Positions 1 through 13,798 of a stretch of 64,000 nucleotides of DNA are shown here, in pieces. Position 1 is the stretch's first letter; the number at the start of each line of letters is the position of its first letter. Source of the stretch: Geosiphon pyriformis uo1. Lineage: Eukaryota > Fungi > Glomeromycota. Location of the stretch: positions 186,001-250,000 of the forward strand of contig JAAOMT010000675.1 of the NCBI GenBank assembly GCA_016748015.1, given 5' to 3'. Position numbers and translations under genes: made by a program. The notes beneath the pieces are model-generated. The model made no database searches and had not been told where the DNA came from. It worked only from the letters and a program-made list of their open reading frames with translations.

Positions 1-3000
1 TTACACTAGAACCACAAAAAGAACCACACTACATACCACTCAAATACAAAAATTGCAAAAAAAAACTTTTATCAATGGAAGCATGTATATTCCCAGAAGA
101 AGAATATGAAACTCACACCTGCTATTTTTGTAAAGCATGCCATAGAGAATGATTTGGATTCCCAAAAAGAAGTGAAAAATCGGACAACACTTCTTGCCTT
201 ACATATGGAAATATGCTACCAGAAGAATACAACTGGATTAATGTTATAATGAGAGGAGGAGTATGTAATCAAACCTGCCAATATGCCCTATCAATTTCGG
301 AAAAAGTCAGAAGAGGAACACTCTTCAATGCAGCATACAACAGTACTTTCAACAAACTCTATTACTACTCTCATAATGCTGAAATGATTTTTGATTTAGC
401 AATAGCTTTAATTAATGGAGCCACACAAGAAGATATCTGACAAATAAAGGAAGCTGAATATATTGAATACACAATGAAATTAGCTGGATTCAATTATGAA
501 GAGAAAGTAAAAACATACCACCAAATTATAAGTCACATATATCCAACCCCAGAAGCTCAAATTCAATGATTAGAGCAAATGAATATTCAATTGTGTAAAG
601 AATGCATTATGCCTTGTGATGACAAATGGTGTCCAGAATGCTATGCTCTTAGCATTTCTCTGCCCAATGAAAATGACCAGGAGGAAATTGAATTTGGAGA
701 ACATAAGCCAGAAGAAGAAATTACAACAACTCCAATTTATCTTATTGAAAAGCAACCAACTATACAACTTAAATACTTTGACAACATTGGGCAAGGAATA
801 AAACCAGAAAAAGCCCACAAAATTGATGCAAAATATAACTTCAGATATCCTGACAAAGACACTTTGATTCTCCAACCAAAGTCCTTAACAAAAATCAATC
901 TCAAAATTGCTCTTGAAATTCCACCTGGAACAATGGTTCAAATTGCATCCAAATCATTATTGGCAAGCAAAGGAATCAATATTAGAGGAGAAGTTATAGA
1001 TGCAGGATATACTGGAGATATTACCATCATATTGCAGAATGAAACAGACAAATCATTTAAGATTGAACATGCTGAAAAGATTGCATAAGCAATTTACCTA
1101 CTCTTAATCAACATTTCAAATTTACAATCAGTTAATAACAGAGAACAATTGGGAAAAAGTAAAAGAGGAATGCAAGGTTTTGGTTTAATTGAATGATTTA
1201 CAATGCCAGTAAATATAGCTTTCAATGCACAGAATAAATTTCACCAGATTCTTTAACTTCTTCAACCAATTACCATTTCACCTTTTGGTGAACATCACGA
1301 AATTTACATTTGCTCAAAACCCACCACTACTCAACAAATCTTTGAATCGAATGAACAAATCTGTTTAAAGCATGAAATCTCAATTCCAAACGTTTATATT
1401 CCCAAAGAAATGAAAAAATTTTGAGTTATATTCTACAACCCCAATAATTACCCTATTGTCTTATTAAACAAACTAGAAATTGGAATTATACACAGTAACA
1501 TCATCCAAGATAAAAACCCTCAAATTGTCTTTAATTTCATCGAAATTGTAAGACATATCCTATTACCTAACCCAAACATCATCCCTATCACTAAAAACTA
1601 TCATTTTTTGGAAGAAAAACTCTTTTGAATTAACATAAGCTCCTTAAAACCCCAACAACAAAGACAATTGAAACAACTGATAGCTGAATTTGCAGATATA
1701 TTTGCAAAATACAACAATGACCTTGGAAAAACAAATATTGTTCAACACTAAATTCATACAGAAAATGCTCCATCAAAACAACAACAAGCCTATTGAGTTC
1801 TACCTGCTAACCACCAATTCATCAGAGAAGAAGTACAAAGAATGCTCAAAAACGGATTGATTCAACCATCAAAAAGTTCTTGGGCCTTATTAGTAGTCCT
1901 GGTTAAGAAGAAAAATGGGAAAATCAGATTTTGTATTGACTATTGACAACTAAATAGTGTTACAATTAGAGATGCTTACTTTCTTTTAAGAATTGATAAC
2001 ATGTTAGATGTTCTGGAAAAAGCTAAGTTTTTTTCAACTTTAGACTTGGAAAGTAGATACTGACAAGTCGAAATAGACCCAAAAAATCGACCCAAAACAG
2101 CATTTACCATTCAAGGAGGAAACTATGAATTCAATATTATGCCTTTTAAACTCTGCAATACACTAGCAATATTCTAATGACTCATGAATATTGTATATGA
2201 AGGACTCTTGTGACAATCAGTAGTTGTTTATCTGGATGATACTAATGTATACTTATCAAGCTTTAAAGTTCATTTTATCTATCTGCAAAAAGTTTTTCAA
2301 TGATTACAGAAAGCAGAATTAAAGTTAAACATTGAGAAATGTTACTTTGAAAAACAAGCTTAATTTTTCTTGGACACATTGTGAACAAAGATGGAGTCAA
2401 ACCAAATTCTGGAACAATCAGTGCTGTCAAAAACTTTCAAACTCCCAAAAATATTACAGAGCTATGAAAATTTGTAGAATTAACTTTCTACTATTGAAAA
2501 TTCATTAAAGGATTCTCAGAAATTGCCAAACCACTTAATTATCTCATCAACAAAAATGTGCCATACAAATAGACAGAAGAACAACAAAAAGCTTTTGAAA
2601 CCCTCAAAACAAGATTGATAACAGTCCCAATTTTTGCTTACCCAGACTTTAACAAATGGTTCCAACTAGTCACTAATGTTTTACATATAGCTTTTAGTAC
2701 CATTCTATCACAATTAAATGAAAATGGCCAAGAACAAGTCATTGTCTATGCTAGTAGAACACTCAAGCCAACAGAACTCAAATATGGCTCAACAAAACTA
2801 GAAGCTGCTGCAGTCATTTGGGCTATTAAACATTTTCAACAATATCTGAAGAATAGAAAAAAATTTGACATCATAACTAACAATATTGGCCTTAAATGGC
2901 TTAATAAAAAGAAAACTAAACAAAATGCCAAACAGTCTCGATGGAATGATTTCCTAGCAGACTACAAATATATTATACACCACAAATCAAGAAAACTACA

Positions 3001-3040
3001 TACCAATTTGGATAGCCTCTTAAGAATAAGACAAAATTAA
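1..3040 (+). pseudogene. G1 polyprotein remnant: Cys-rich module, dUTPase, RT, RNase H
   Basis: ORF fragments 213-440, 579-1088 (VIDAGYTG, EKIA) and 2615-3040 (YASRTLK..E..Y.STKLEAAAVIWA) with stops and frameshifts; ends RIRQN-TAA at 3040. Confidence 0.9.
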
Positions 3041-3095
3041 CACCATCAACAATTTCACTACAACTTACTACTACTAACAAAACAACAAAACAACA

Positions 3096-4481
3096 ATAGA
3101 TCCCAGAAATTACAACAACCTTAAAAATTATTTGGAGACTTTTACCATACCAGAAAATTGGTCTCCAAGTGAAAAACATTAGTTACAACACCAATCCAAA
3201 CAATATTTCATATACCACAACAAAATTTATTACAAAAATTGTAGAAATCCAAACCAATTACTTAGATTAGTACAGGAAAATGAAAAAGAAACAATCCTAT
3301 ACAACATGCACACAAATTCATTTTCAGCACACTTAAGAAGAAATAAAACAATCCAAAAAACTCTTGAACATTATTTTTGGTCTCACATGCAAAAAAACAT
3401 TCGACAATATGTAGAATCTTGTAATAGTTGTCAAAGAAGAAGAAGAATTTGTTCCACAAAACCTCTAAATCCAATCAAAGTTGAACAACCTTTTGACAGA
3501 GTTGGAATTGATTTAGTTGGACCATTACCTATCACAACCCAAAGAAATTGTTATATTGCAATTGCAGTAGATTATCTTATCAAATGGCCTGAAGCTAGAG
3601 TCATCCAAAGAGCAGATGCAAAATCAATAGCAAATTTCATCTATAAAAACATTATTTGTAGACATAGATGTCCAATTAAACTTTTATCTAATCAAGAAAC
3701 ACATTTTGTGAACAACTTGATACAAGAAATTTGTGAACAATTCAATGTCAAAAGACTTTTATCATCATCTTATTACTCTTAGACAAATAGACTTGTAGAA
3801 CATTTCAACAGAACATTGTGTGAATTTTTAGCCAAAGTCTCAACAGATTTTGAGCAGAAATAGGATATTTTTATTCCATCAGTGTTACTAACATACAAAA
3901 CACTAAAACAAGATACTACAAAACACACATCATTTGATTTTATTTATGAAAAAACAGCAACATTACCAATTAATTTCACAGTGAAAACATATCCAGTGCA
4001 ACTAATCAATAAAGAAAACTTCTAAAAAACACTCCAAAGAAAAGCCTATACTCTCCTTAGCACATTGAAAGGAAAAAGACATATAGCAGCCACTCATATT
4101 GAAAACTCCCAAGCCCTACAAAAAGAAAGACATGATAACAAACTGCCACCAGTTACCAATAAATTTAAAGTTGGAAATAAAGTTTTCTTACACAGAATTA
4201 AGGCTGAAAAACAATAGAGTGAAAAATTTGAACATAAATGGGATGAACCATTTTATATTCACGAAATTTTAGGTAATAGATCATACAAGTTAAGACTTGA
4301 TGACAAAGTACTAGCAAAAGTTGCACATAAAAATAGATTGAAACACTATCATTCCAGAAACAATTCTGAACCATTAATTCCACAAATTAGTACACATTCC
4401 CTTTTAATTAATCCTGAAGATATTCTCCGAAATTTAGAACCAATAATTATAATAGAACAACAACCAAACTTGAATACTTAA
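3096..4481 (+). pseudogene. G1 integrase ORF (separate from pol; start mutated to ATA)
   Basis: HHCC (MH..AH..CNSCQ), core GIDLVGPLP/AVDYL/LSNQETHF, degenerate GPF/Y motif. Same 1386-nt length as the G2 integrase ORF. Confidence 0.88.
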
Positions 4482-4616
4482 TAATCTTTTTAAACAAACA
4501 CACAAAAACCAAAAATAGTAAATAATTACAAATAACACTCAAACCCAAAAACAAATAAAAACCCCATACTCAAAAATAATTTTTTTTATTCTTTTTTTAT
4601 TAGTTAGTCATTTATC

Positions 4617-5323
4617 ATGATATTCCCCGAAATATCTAACAAATATCTCAAAAATTAATGTTAGCTTTGAAAATACTTCCTGACTTATCCATAATAATTA
4701 ATAGAAGTCAAATTAATTACATTCAGAAAGAAACCACAGCCCCAGCAATAAATAATTCTCAAAATTATCACACCTATAGAAGAAAAACAAAAGGTCACTC
4801 TAAAAATAGATTACCAGAACTTTTGAAGCAAGCACTAAAAGAAAACCTTTTAATTGCCCCTATTGACATTCTACCAAATGCCACAATTCAACAAAAACTT
4901 CTATTATTTTTTAATAAACAGAACAATAAACATACTCTTATATATAGATATTTTCATATTGGAAAAACACTTTATGAATGAAAACTGGAACTTGAAGCAA
5001 CCAACATCACTCCTAAGACTATACAAAAACAAATTCACAATGAATTCAAGACAGCAGCTGGACCAACAAACATCTATTACAAACTTTAAGCAGCATCTAG
5101 ACTCTATGATTTATTCAACACTTGTGAAAATGTCCTACAAAATTCAATACTACAACCAATGAAAATTCAATACATTAGAAAGCTCACAGAACTGAAATTT
5201 CAACAATTTTCAGACCAGATCACTTCAATTATCTTGGACCACTATCTTAACATTACAGATAATGCTTGGACTTCAATGGAGCTCAGTCTTGAAGCAGAGA
5301 TTATGTTACCAGTAGAATTTTAG
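4617..5323 (+). pseudogene. G1 ORF3 (unknown 3' protein)
   Basis: Fragment 4658-4981 nearly matches intact G3 ORF3; ends IMLPVEF-TAG inside the LTR. Confidence 0.8.
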
Positions 5324-6280
5324 CCATTAATTAGCATGAAATTACTCTCATAATTCCTATTATTAATTAGCATACATTATTATTTTTTCAATTATCAATT
5401 ATTATTTAATCAAATTATCAAATATTATTACTTAATCAATAATTCGATTTGTACTCTAGAAATTAAGATAATCAAATTACACAATACCCTAAACTATTTA
5501 ACATAGTCAAAATTCGCCGAAATTAATAAAAATTGGCCAAAATAATCAAATAGTTCAGTGAAATAACTTGTAGTTTGCTGAAATATATCTTTAGTTCACC
5601 CAAATTATAGCAAAAAAAAAAGTGCAAGTTCAAAGACTAGTACTACAACAAGTTGTATAAAAAAAGAGCTTTTCTCTTTAAGAAAATATATCTTCTCATA
5701 GTATCTCATCATAGTACTTTACTTTAAATATCTTAATTGAAACAAATTACCTTTTACACATTCAAATAAAAATTAAATATTCGAAAACAAAACCTTTAAA
5801 TTATTACACTTGAAATTTCCTCAACACAACAAATGTTTTAAAATTAATTAACTACCAATTTCAATAAACTGTTAGTGACTCCAGACCTGGACAGAAAACG
5901 TTTTTCTTGACACAATTCTATTTCTTTTACATTTTTTTTATTTTTCTTTTCTTTTCTTTTCTTATTACAATTATTAGAGTAGTCTACAAATAAGATTTCT
6001 GTAGAAGAGTTGACTTTTACAGCAAAGTAACTACACATTTTTAATAAGCTTCCAAACAAGCAATTTTTGGGAAAGAGTTGATGTTTACTACAATATAACT
6101 ACATAAAGTAACTGGCAAGAAATTGGCCATTTTATTTATAAGCCCAGCAATTTAAATTATAGGAGATAATTTGAAGATAAATTCAGTTACTGGAGGTCTA
6201 ACTACTTCCTAAGAATGTGAATTTACAGCAAAGCAACATTTACAACATTAAAAAAAAGAGACCAAAAACCTTTGGTAACA
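5304..6280 (+). repeat. G1 3' LTR (977 bp)
   Basis: TGTTACCA...TGGTAACA termini, preceded by a purine tract; homologous to the G2 and G3 LTRs. Confidence 0.95.
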
Positions 6281-8972
6281 ATAAAGCTAAACTGAGTCCT
6301 GTAACTAATAATAAAATGAAGAACCACTGATATCAAGTAAAAGAACTGTTTGTCCAAAATTGCTTTTCTTAGAACAAAATTGGCAAAAAACCAAACATCT
6401 GAATGCACTTTGGCCAAGCTAGGCCTAAACAACCTATTGGAAGAAAAAAAATACCCAGATATCGGTGAGACTTCCCTTTTTTGGCGATGGAAATAGGATT
6501 GCCACTGACAAACAAAAAAGGAGCTGCTATCCTACAATTGATTGGAATTGCTACAGTCTTGTTGTTGTTGATTGAGATATCATTTATCCTAAAAAATTTA
6601 TTGGCAACATTGAGAATATGTTATGTAGCCACCTGGCTAGAACCAACCCATATAGTATCATCAAAAAAAGCACCTACAACAAGAAAAAAAGTCAAACCAT
6701 CTTGGAGATCTACGTGACCAGTTTTGGCAACATAATGTAAATTCAGCTTGTAACCATACACTGCTTCTTGTCTCTTAACCTCGCACAACAAAGTGTCATA
6801 AAAAATACACCAAAGGAGAGGTAAAAACACTTCTCTCTAATTCAAGCCATTATGGACACTATAATCATCAGTCAACCCAAAATCAGTCATTACTCTGTTT
6901 ATATAATCATTGTAAATACTCTCAAAAAATCTTATAAATTTACTACACATTTTGATTCTGACTAAACTTTTTCTCAAATGTTCTCAACCAACTGAATTAT
7001 ATGCTTTCTTCATGTCTTACAAAACTAATCAAAGCTTGCAATTCTTTTCCAATGCATTCTCAACCACCAAACCAATAGCAAAAATAGGAGACTGTGTTGT
7101 TGTACCTTTAAGGACTGAGAAGTTGTCACTACAAAGAACATCATATTTACTACATGTCATAGAAATCCTGTCAGAGAGAATCTTGAAGAAAATTTTATGG
7201 GCAGTCTCAATCAGTGTAATTGGTTGGGTATTCATAAAAATTCTTTTCCAGTTGTAAGGTTTAGGAATTATAGACACCCAGGCCTTTTTCCAAGGACCCA
7301 AAACAGATTCACAAATCAAACAAGAGTTCAAAAACACCAAAAGCAAATTTAGAACAGATCTGTCACAATGTTTCCATAGCTTATTTATAATACCAGAAAG
7401 GCTGGCAGCTTTATTATCAGGCAAATTCAAAATCACACCAAGAAATTCATCTACCTCAATTGGGTGCATAATATTTGAGAATGCATTATCAAAGACATGT
7501 TCCAAGAGTTGAAATTGGTAAGACCATTTATCCAAAATGTTATCAACCACCACACACTTTCTGGTTCAGTTTTCCATTATCCTATTGACATGAAATTTAA
7601 CCAGACCAGGCTCCAAAATAAGGTCTTCATTCACAATCAGGTGGTCCAATGTAACTTTGTAAAATGGCCACTCAAGGATACTTCTAATAATTTGGCTCTT
7701 ATTTAATTCAAAGTTTTTCATTCTTTTGTCAATTGCCAGTCTGATTTGAGAATCCTTAGTATGTTTCAATTCTATCATTTTGAGGAAATGATAAGATTTC
7801 CTAATCTTTGCCAAAGCTAATCTAATAGCATCAAAATGAGATCCCAAAAGAAAAAGAGATTTGATAGCAAAAGCATTAACAGAATCCAAAAACATCTAAA
7901 CATTCAAAAGAGAGATAAACTTATTAGATGACACAGAATACAAAACTTTTACCAACTTAGAAACCAAAAGTTCCAATCTATAATAGTGAGAAGAACTCTT
8001 GGTAAATTTATCATTAAAATCCTTAGACCAGGTTTTTAAGAAAACTTCACTTGCCGAAAAACAAATGGCTTTGCAAACAACACTCCACATGTCATCCAGG
8101 TCAGACGAACAATGAAAATTTGCAAACTTACTAGAAAACATGGCAAAATTATCACAAGACACAGTTCTATACTGCTTTTATTTAATCTCATCAGCATTTT
8201 TGGCATTAAATTTCCACTTGTCTTTATTGGCTTGAACATAAATAGCATTTAAGACAGGATCTAAAATTCCACCAAGACCAATTATAATTTGGACAGAACT
8301 ATAATCAGTACTAAAAAACTCATTTACATACACAACTTGCCCATTTACCAAAGCATTACTCAAACTCTATAAAGCAAAAATGTAGTTAATGGTCTTCTCA
8401 ACATCCCTGAAGTTTTTCCAAGTAGAAGCCTTAATGTAAGAACTATTAATTAATGTATTAACCAAATCTAGATCCACACACTTACTAAAGCTAGAGCTAT
8501 GTTTGTTCTCATCTTCATTGAAATCACCACTTAATATAACAAAAGTACTTTTATTACAGACTCTGACTATAAAAGAATTAACAAAACTAGTCAAAATTAT
8601 ATGCCTATCCAAAGAAGCCTCCACATATAATCCCAACACAAAAACAGATTGTTTGTTTTTAAATAGCAAATGGATCATCAAAAATCTATCTGGAATCTCA
8701 GAGATTTTAGAAACATGTTTGGCTAAATTTTCATTCATGATCAAAGTGACGCCCACACTTAAAAACCCAGTATTCAGACCTGAAGTGAACACCCTCACAT
8801 CAAAAAACTTATTCCCAATCCAAGACTTGACACTGGAGTAAAGCTTAGTCTCAGTAACTATTGAAATGTTATTATTCAAAACCATATGCCATCTAATAAT
8901 GTTATTCTGCTTAGCAAAAACATTCATACTTCTAACATTACAAGTAGCAATTTTCCAGGCTAAATTACTTAT
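6281..8972 (-). pseudogene. LINE L1 ORF2 (AP endonuclease + RT), truncated
   Basis: Starts (ATA)SNLAWKIATCNVR; fragments 8367-8927, 7029-7553, 6621-6830. Confidence 0.88.
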
Positions 8973-10819
8973 TGGGGAAAGGAAGAGGTTACCACACCAC
9001 TGCCAGAACCAAAAAAGTCCAACTTATTCAATATTGTTTTAACCAAATTCTTCAGAACCACCAAATTAGCCTCCAGACCACCTACTTTTACAGTTAAAAC
9101 TCAGGAGCCACTTGTAAAAATGTTTTGAAAGTCAACAACAACCACACAAGACACAAGAGAAATGAGTAATGGAGTGTCAACAATCATGTCCAGCACTGAG
9201 TTATGTTCAGAAATGGGTGAAACAATAAAACTTGCTGATAAAACAGCCAGCAACTTGTTCAGCTTATGTAAAATATTGGCCATCTGGTCAAACACATTCT
9301 TAAGTGAATGCTCAAGGATATTAACACACAAAGCCAAAATTGTAATCATAGGCATCGAACCATTGACCAATCTTATGCCCAAATTGGTTTCAACAAATGG
9401 TGTAGAAAACAAACTCTTAGGAGAGCTGCTTATCACAAAAGCCCAAGTCACACTACCAAAGGAGACTAGATGAAACATGGGTGCTTGCTTTTTGGCATAG
9501 ATGAGCACAAGGTGCCTCTTATCTGAATCAGAACAAAAAAATCTCTTTTTAGAATTCTGTCTAATGTTTTTCTCACCACTGTTGTATTCAGAAAAAATAT
9601 GACTAAAATTATCATATGCAGCATATTTAGGAGAAGACAAACCAGCCCAGATAAGATTAACACCCTTAAAGACCAGCATAGAGCAAATGGTAGTTTCTCT
9701 GGTATCATTAGAATCAAAACATATGATAGTACAGCAGGCTTGTATATAAGACAGTGAGTTTCTAAAAATATAGCAAGTCTTCCCACTATATGACTAAACC
9801 AAATCCAAGAGATCATAAGCAGTTGTGCCTATTAGCAGAATATATAAAAAAGTGTAATAGCTGTCCCTTAAATCCCATATTTGTTTGTTGGCATTAGCTT
9901 TGGCAACATGTATCAAGTTCTTACCCAGCAAGATTGACCATTTGGACACAACCAAGTCAGCGATTTGAGAACTCTTAAACTCCATCAGTGCTTTCTGCCA
10001 GAGACCAATCAACTGCATTTTGATTGAAAAAATTTTCCCATACTTGACCAAAGCTAACTCAATTGCCAATTTGGGCAGATTGACCAAAATTTCTTTGATA
10101 ATGATTTTCCAATCTGATCATATACCAATCTTCTTTAGATTAGTATTGACAACAAGATTTTCAAACATAACCAATTGTTTAGCCAAAATGAGACTGGAAT
10201 CAGATATGAAAGACACTTTAACAATGCCCAGAAATTTTGATAAAGTTGATACACCCCCAAAACCATCAATTTTGTAGAACAGCTTTCTAACATCTTTGAG
10301 TTTGTCATGTAGAGTACTTCTAGGAATAGCCAACAGACCAATGTTGAGTGCAAAAGATTTAGTCAGTTCAAAACAGAGTTTCTTTTTGATAGAAGCAACC
10401 AGACAAAAAGGGGATTCCAAAGAAACAAGGAGAGGTAAGCCCATGTTGACGTTGTCAATGACAGAGCCAAAATCACAGAAACCCAGAGATAGAACCTTTA
10501 CTATACTAGAGTTGAAGTGTTTTGCCTTTGGAGTGTTGGTACAAGAGTCTAACAGCTCATCACTTTCACTGCCAGCACCATAGCCCAAGTTCTTGCTCAT
10601 CTTATACCCCAACTTTTCATTGGAAGAGATATCCATATTCTCGTACTGATCAGAATCACTTGAAGGTAACTTGAAAGACAAATCAGCTTCATCACCTGAA
10701 TGTTTAACTTTGCCAAGCAAAACCTTTGATTTTTGTCTCAGACTTCTACTTACAGAGCTTGTAGTGATACCTCTGGCTGATTTCTTTATAAACATAGCAT
10801 TGACAGCATCAAACACCAA
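8970..10819 (-). pseudogene. LINE L1 ORF1 (nucleic-acid-binding protein)
   Basis: Fragments 10118-10819, 9794-10087 and 9101-9679 are homologous to L2 ORF1 (KHSGDE, KSFAL.I, GFGG). Confidence 0.8.
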
Positions 10820-10965
10820 AAGAACAACAAAAGGATTAATAAGTTGAGAAATTGTGGAAACCGAGCAAAAATAAAAAATAAGAACAGATATAAAAAATAA
10901 AAAACTTCTTTCAAAAAAAATGTGCTATTTCAGGAATTTGGGACATAGAAGAGAAAGAAGTTTTT

Positions 10966-11150
10966 GCATTGATTATAAATAAATATTTTATCAAATATTA
11001 TCTAATTAATAATTTAATTTGTATAAAATACAAATATAATTAAATATAATAATTAGATTATATAATATTATAAACTATATAATATTTAAAAATTTATCAA
11101 AATATTTAAATATTTAATAATTTATAAAAATAACTTATAATTTGCCAAAA
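10966..11150 (+). mobile_element. Left part of a hypermutated family-A LTR relic (continues at 36516)
   Basis: AATTTGTATAAAATACAAATATAATTAAATATAATAATTAGATTATATAATAT matches the relic LTR at ~59095 and the G2 LTR U3 after C>T/G>A changes. Confidence 0.7.
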
Positions 11151-11268
11151 AAAACTTCTTTCTCTCTTACCTCCAATAATTCTCAAAAAGCATATTTTCT
11201 GTAAAAAGAAGTTTTTTTGTTTTTTAGTTTATATTAATATTTTTTTACTTAATAATAATCTGTTTTTC

Positions 11269-12935
11269 GTGGATATAGAGGCTACTGTAAGTAGCATCAT
11301 GTTTAAGAAAAAGGCACTTAAGGGTGCTTTTCATGGTCCTGCTGGTGGTTCCTTTTCTCAGAAGAAAAAAGTTGTTTTTGATAATGTCAAACATTCTGGT
11401 GATAAAAAATATATATCCTTGAGTAAATCTGGGCCTGGTAATAATATATATTCTGATATAAAAAGTCTATCTGGTGATAATGAGGATGTTAGCATGTCTG
11501 GTGTAAATGGTGGATCTCTTTTGGGCTTAGCTGCTATTACTTTCAAGACAAAGTGAGTCAATACTGGTGCTGTTTTTGGTTCTCTACTTAGTTCTCCCAA
11601 TTTTCATATGGATGATAATGAAGTTGTTTTCTTTTCTCGCTTGTTTATCCCTCTCAACAAAAAGTGGATTGACCCAAAAATCATCAAAACTTCTATGGAA
11701 GTGTCAGTTAAGAAATCATTTGCTTTGGATATTAATTTCTCAGCTATAGAAAAAAAATCAACAACAACAAAAACTCAGTTGATCAGGAAAATTTTTTCAT
11801 TAGTTAATGGTTTTGGGGGGGCCACTACCTCCTCAAAATTTGAGATAATCATCAAATCTACTTTCACTTTAGAGAAAAGCATGGAAATAGTCACATTATT
11901 GGCCAGAGAAAAAGGGATCAACATAAACAACAATCTTAAGAGACAAGGGATAAGGTCAGATCAGGCTGTAGTAATCAAGAAAATTCCCATGGATACATCT
12001 AAGAATATGATCATTGCTGTAATATCTGAATTTGGGGAAATTAAGTTGATCAAAATTTAATTAATTGGAATGTAGCAAAAGACTAGTGAAATTTGCTGAA
12101 TTAGACCAAGCTAATTTTTTGGTCTCTAAGTGGTCATTCCTAATTGGTAAAGATTCTGTGTGTGTAGCCAAAGCAGTAGGAGATCATGAAATTTGGGCAT
12201 CTAGAGATTGGTTTAGAGTGCTTTTGTTTACTTTGCCAATAAGAACAATAACACATAATCTTGGGACTCTTTTAGAAAGGGCTGGTGGGAAGACTTGTAT
12301 TATAAACAAATCTGTAAAAACTGGTAATAAGATTCACTGTGCTGTAGTTGGTTTTGATTCTAATAATAATCTGAAATTTGTCTTTTGTATGGAGCTGATT
12401 TTTGGTAGTGTTAAACTTTCTTGGACAAGGATGGATTTGGTTTAGTATAAAAAATACAAAAAGTTTGGTCATTCTGCTTTGGAATGTGATGCACTTTTTG
12501 CATCTATCTCTATGTCTTTAAAAACATTTAAAAGGGTTGCATCTAATAAATGTTATCTTCAGTTGACAAAGTTGTATAAAAAAAAAAGTATTCTAATATC
12601 TCGCCCTGCTGCTTTTGGTGACAAATCTTAGGTCCAGGTGGTCTTACTTGCTGGTTTTTCTGATAGTCTTTGCTTTGCTTCTGGTTCTGGTTTTCCTTTT
12701 TTTGGTGTCTCAGGTTTGAATAGTGGTCTCTCTTTTGTTTCAGCTAACAACTCATTTTTGGATGCACATTTGGCCTCTTTGGAATGATCCTTAGAGCTAT
12801 TAACTGACCAAGTTTCTGACATTATGTGCAAGCTCAGCAACATAGAACTGGTGCCACAGGCTCTATCTTTTTTCTCTAAAGTCTCGAATACTCTGATTGC
12901 TGCCAAAGAAGATTTGGCTTTAGATATGAATATGG
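11269..12935 (+). pseudogene. LINE L2 ORF1, N-terminal part (C-terminus at 31502-31710)
   Basis: Fragments 11269-11556, 11608-12060, 12065-12445; degenerate zinc knuckle YKKYKKFGHSALEC at ~12446-12487 (Cys codons hit by G>A). Confidence 0.82.
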
Positions 12936-13753
12936 TGTTACCAGACGAAATTAGAGATATTATTTAGCATAAAATTATCTTATAATTCCTATCATTAATT
13001 AGCATATATTATTGTTTCAAATTATCATTTATTACATTAGCAAAAATGTCCGAAATTATCATTTAATTAATAACCCAAATTGTACACAACACAAATGTAA
13101 CCTAATTGTAAAAAATAACAAAGTTCAAGTTCATAGAATAGTGTTATGACAAGTTGTATAAAAGAAGAGCTTCTCTCTTCGAGAAAATGTATCTTACTTT
13201 AGATTTAACAATTAGAATCATTCTTTACACACAAAACGAAATAAATATCAAATAATTCGAAAAATCAAATCCTGAATTATTTCACTTTTGAAATTAACTA
13301 ATTCCTACAAAACAGTTTGAAATTGATTAGCTACCAATTTCAGTAAACTGTTAGTGACTTCAGGCCTGGATAGAAAATGTTTCCCTTAACAGAATTCTAT
13401 TTCTTTTACATTTTTTTTATTTTTTTTTTATTTTTTTTTTATAATCATTAGGGTAGCCTACAGACAAGATTTCTGTAGAAGAGTTGATTTTCACAGCAAA
13501 GTAGCTATACATTTTAGTGAGCTTCCAGATGAGCAATTTCTGAGAAAGAGTTGACGTTTACTACAACGTAACTATATAAAGTAACTGGTACAAAATTGGC
13601 CATTCCACTTATAAGCCCAGCAGTTCAAATTATAGGAGATAATTTGAAGATAAATTTAGTAATTGGAGGTTCAACCACATCCAGAAAACGGGAATTCACA
13701 GCAAACAAACATTGACAACATTTAAGAAAAGAGACCAAAAACCTCCAGTAACA
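12936..13753 (+). repeat. G2 5' LTR (818 bp; 159-bp deletion relative to the 3' LTR)
   Basis: TGTTACCAGACG...CAGTAACA; collinear with 30521-31497. Confidence 0.95.
13157..13164 (+). promoter_or_regulatory. Putative TATA box in the family-A LTR
   Basis: TATAAAA(G) in the same context (AAGTTGTATAAAA) in the G1, G2 and G3 LTRs, downstream of the U3 repeat array; AATAAA ~80 bp further on. Confidence 0.5.
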
Positions 13754-13772
13754 TTTGGTGCTCTCCCACAGA
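13754..13772 (+). promoter_or_regulatory. Primer binding site (family A)
   Basis: TTTGGTGCTCTCCCACAGA immediately after the LTR, complementary to a tRNA 3' end ...GAGAGCACCA; the tRNA is not assigned. Confidence 0.8.
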
Positions 13773-13798
13773 AACAACACAGCAAAAACAACTTCAAA

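Larger units (their letters stand above)
1..6280 (+). mobile_element. Ty3/gypsy LTR retrotransposon G1 (family A), 5' part outside the window, degenerate; inserted into LINE L1 ORF2
   Basis: Domain order Cys-rich, dUTPase, RT (YLDD at ~2229), RNase H, integrase (GIDLVGPLP), ORF3, PPT (5291-5303), LTR 5304-6280. LINE ORF2 resumes directly at 6281. Confidence 0.95.
6281..10965 (-). mobile_element. LINE L1 (APE-RT non-LTR retrotransposon), 5' end present, 3' part displaced by G1
   Basis: 5' end AAAAACTTCTTTCTC as in L2. ORF1 fragments 10819-8970; ORF2 has APE motifs (ETKL, GDFN), RT (IIPKP, PITLIET, AFFDDTIW) and is cut at SYRTQFSFI by the G1 LTR. Confidence 0.92.
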
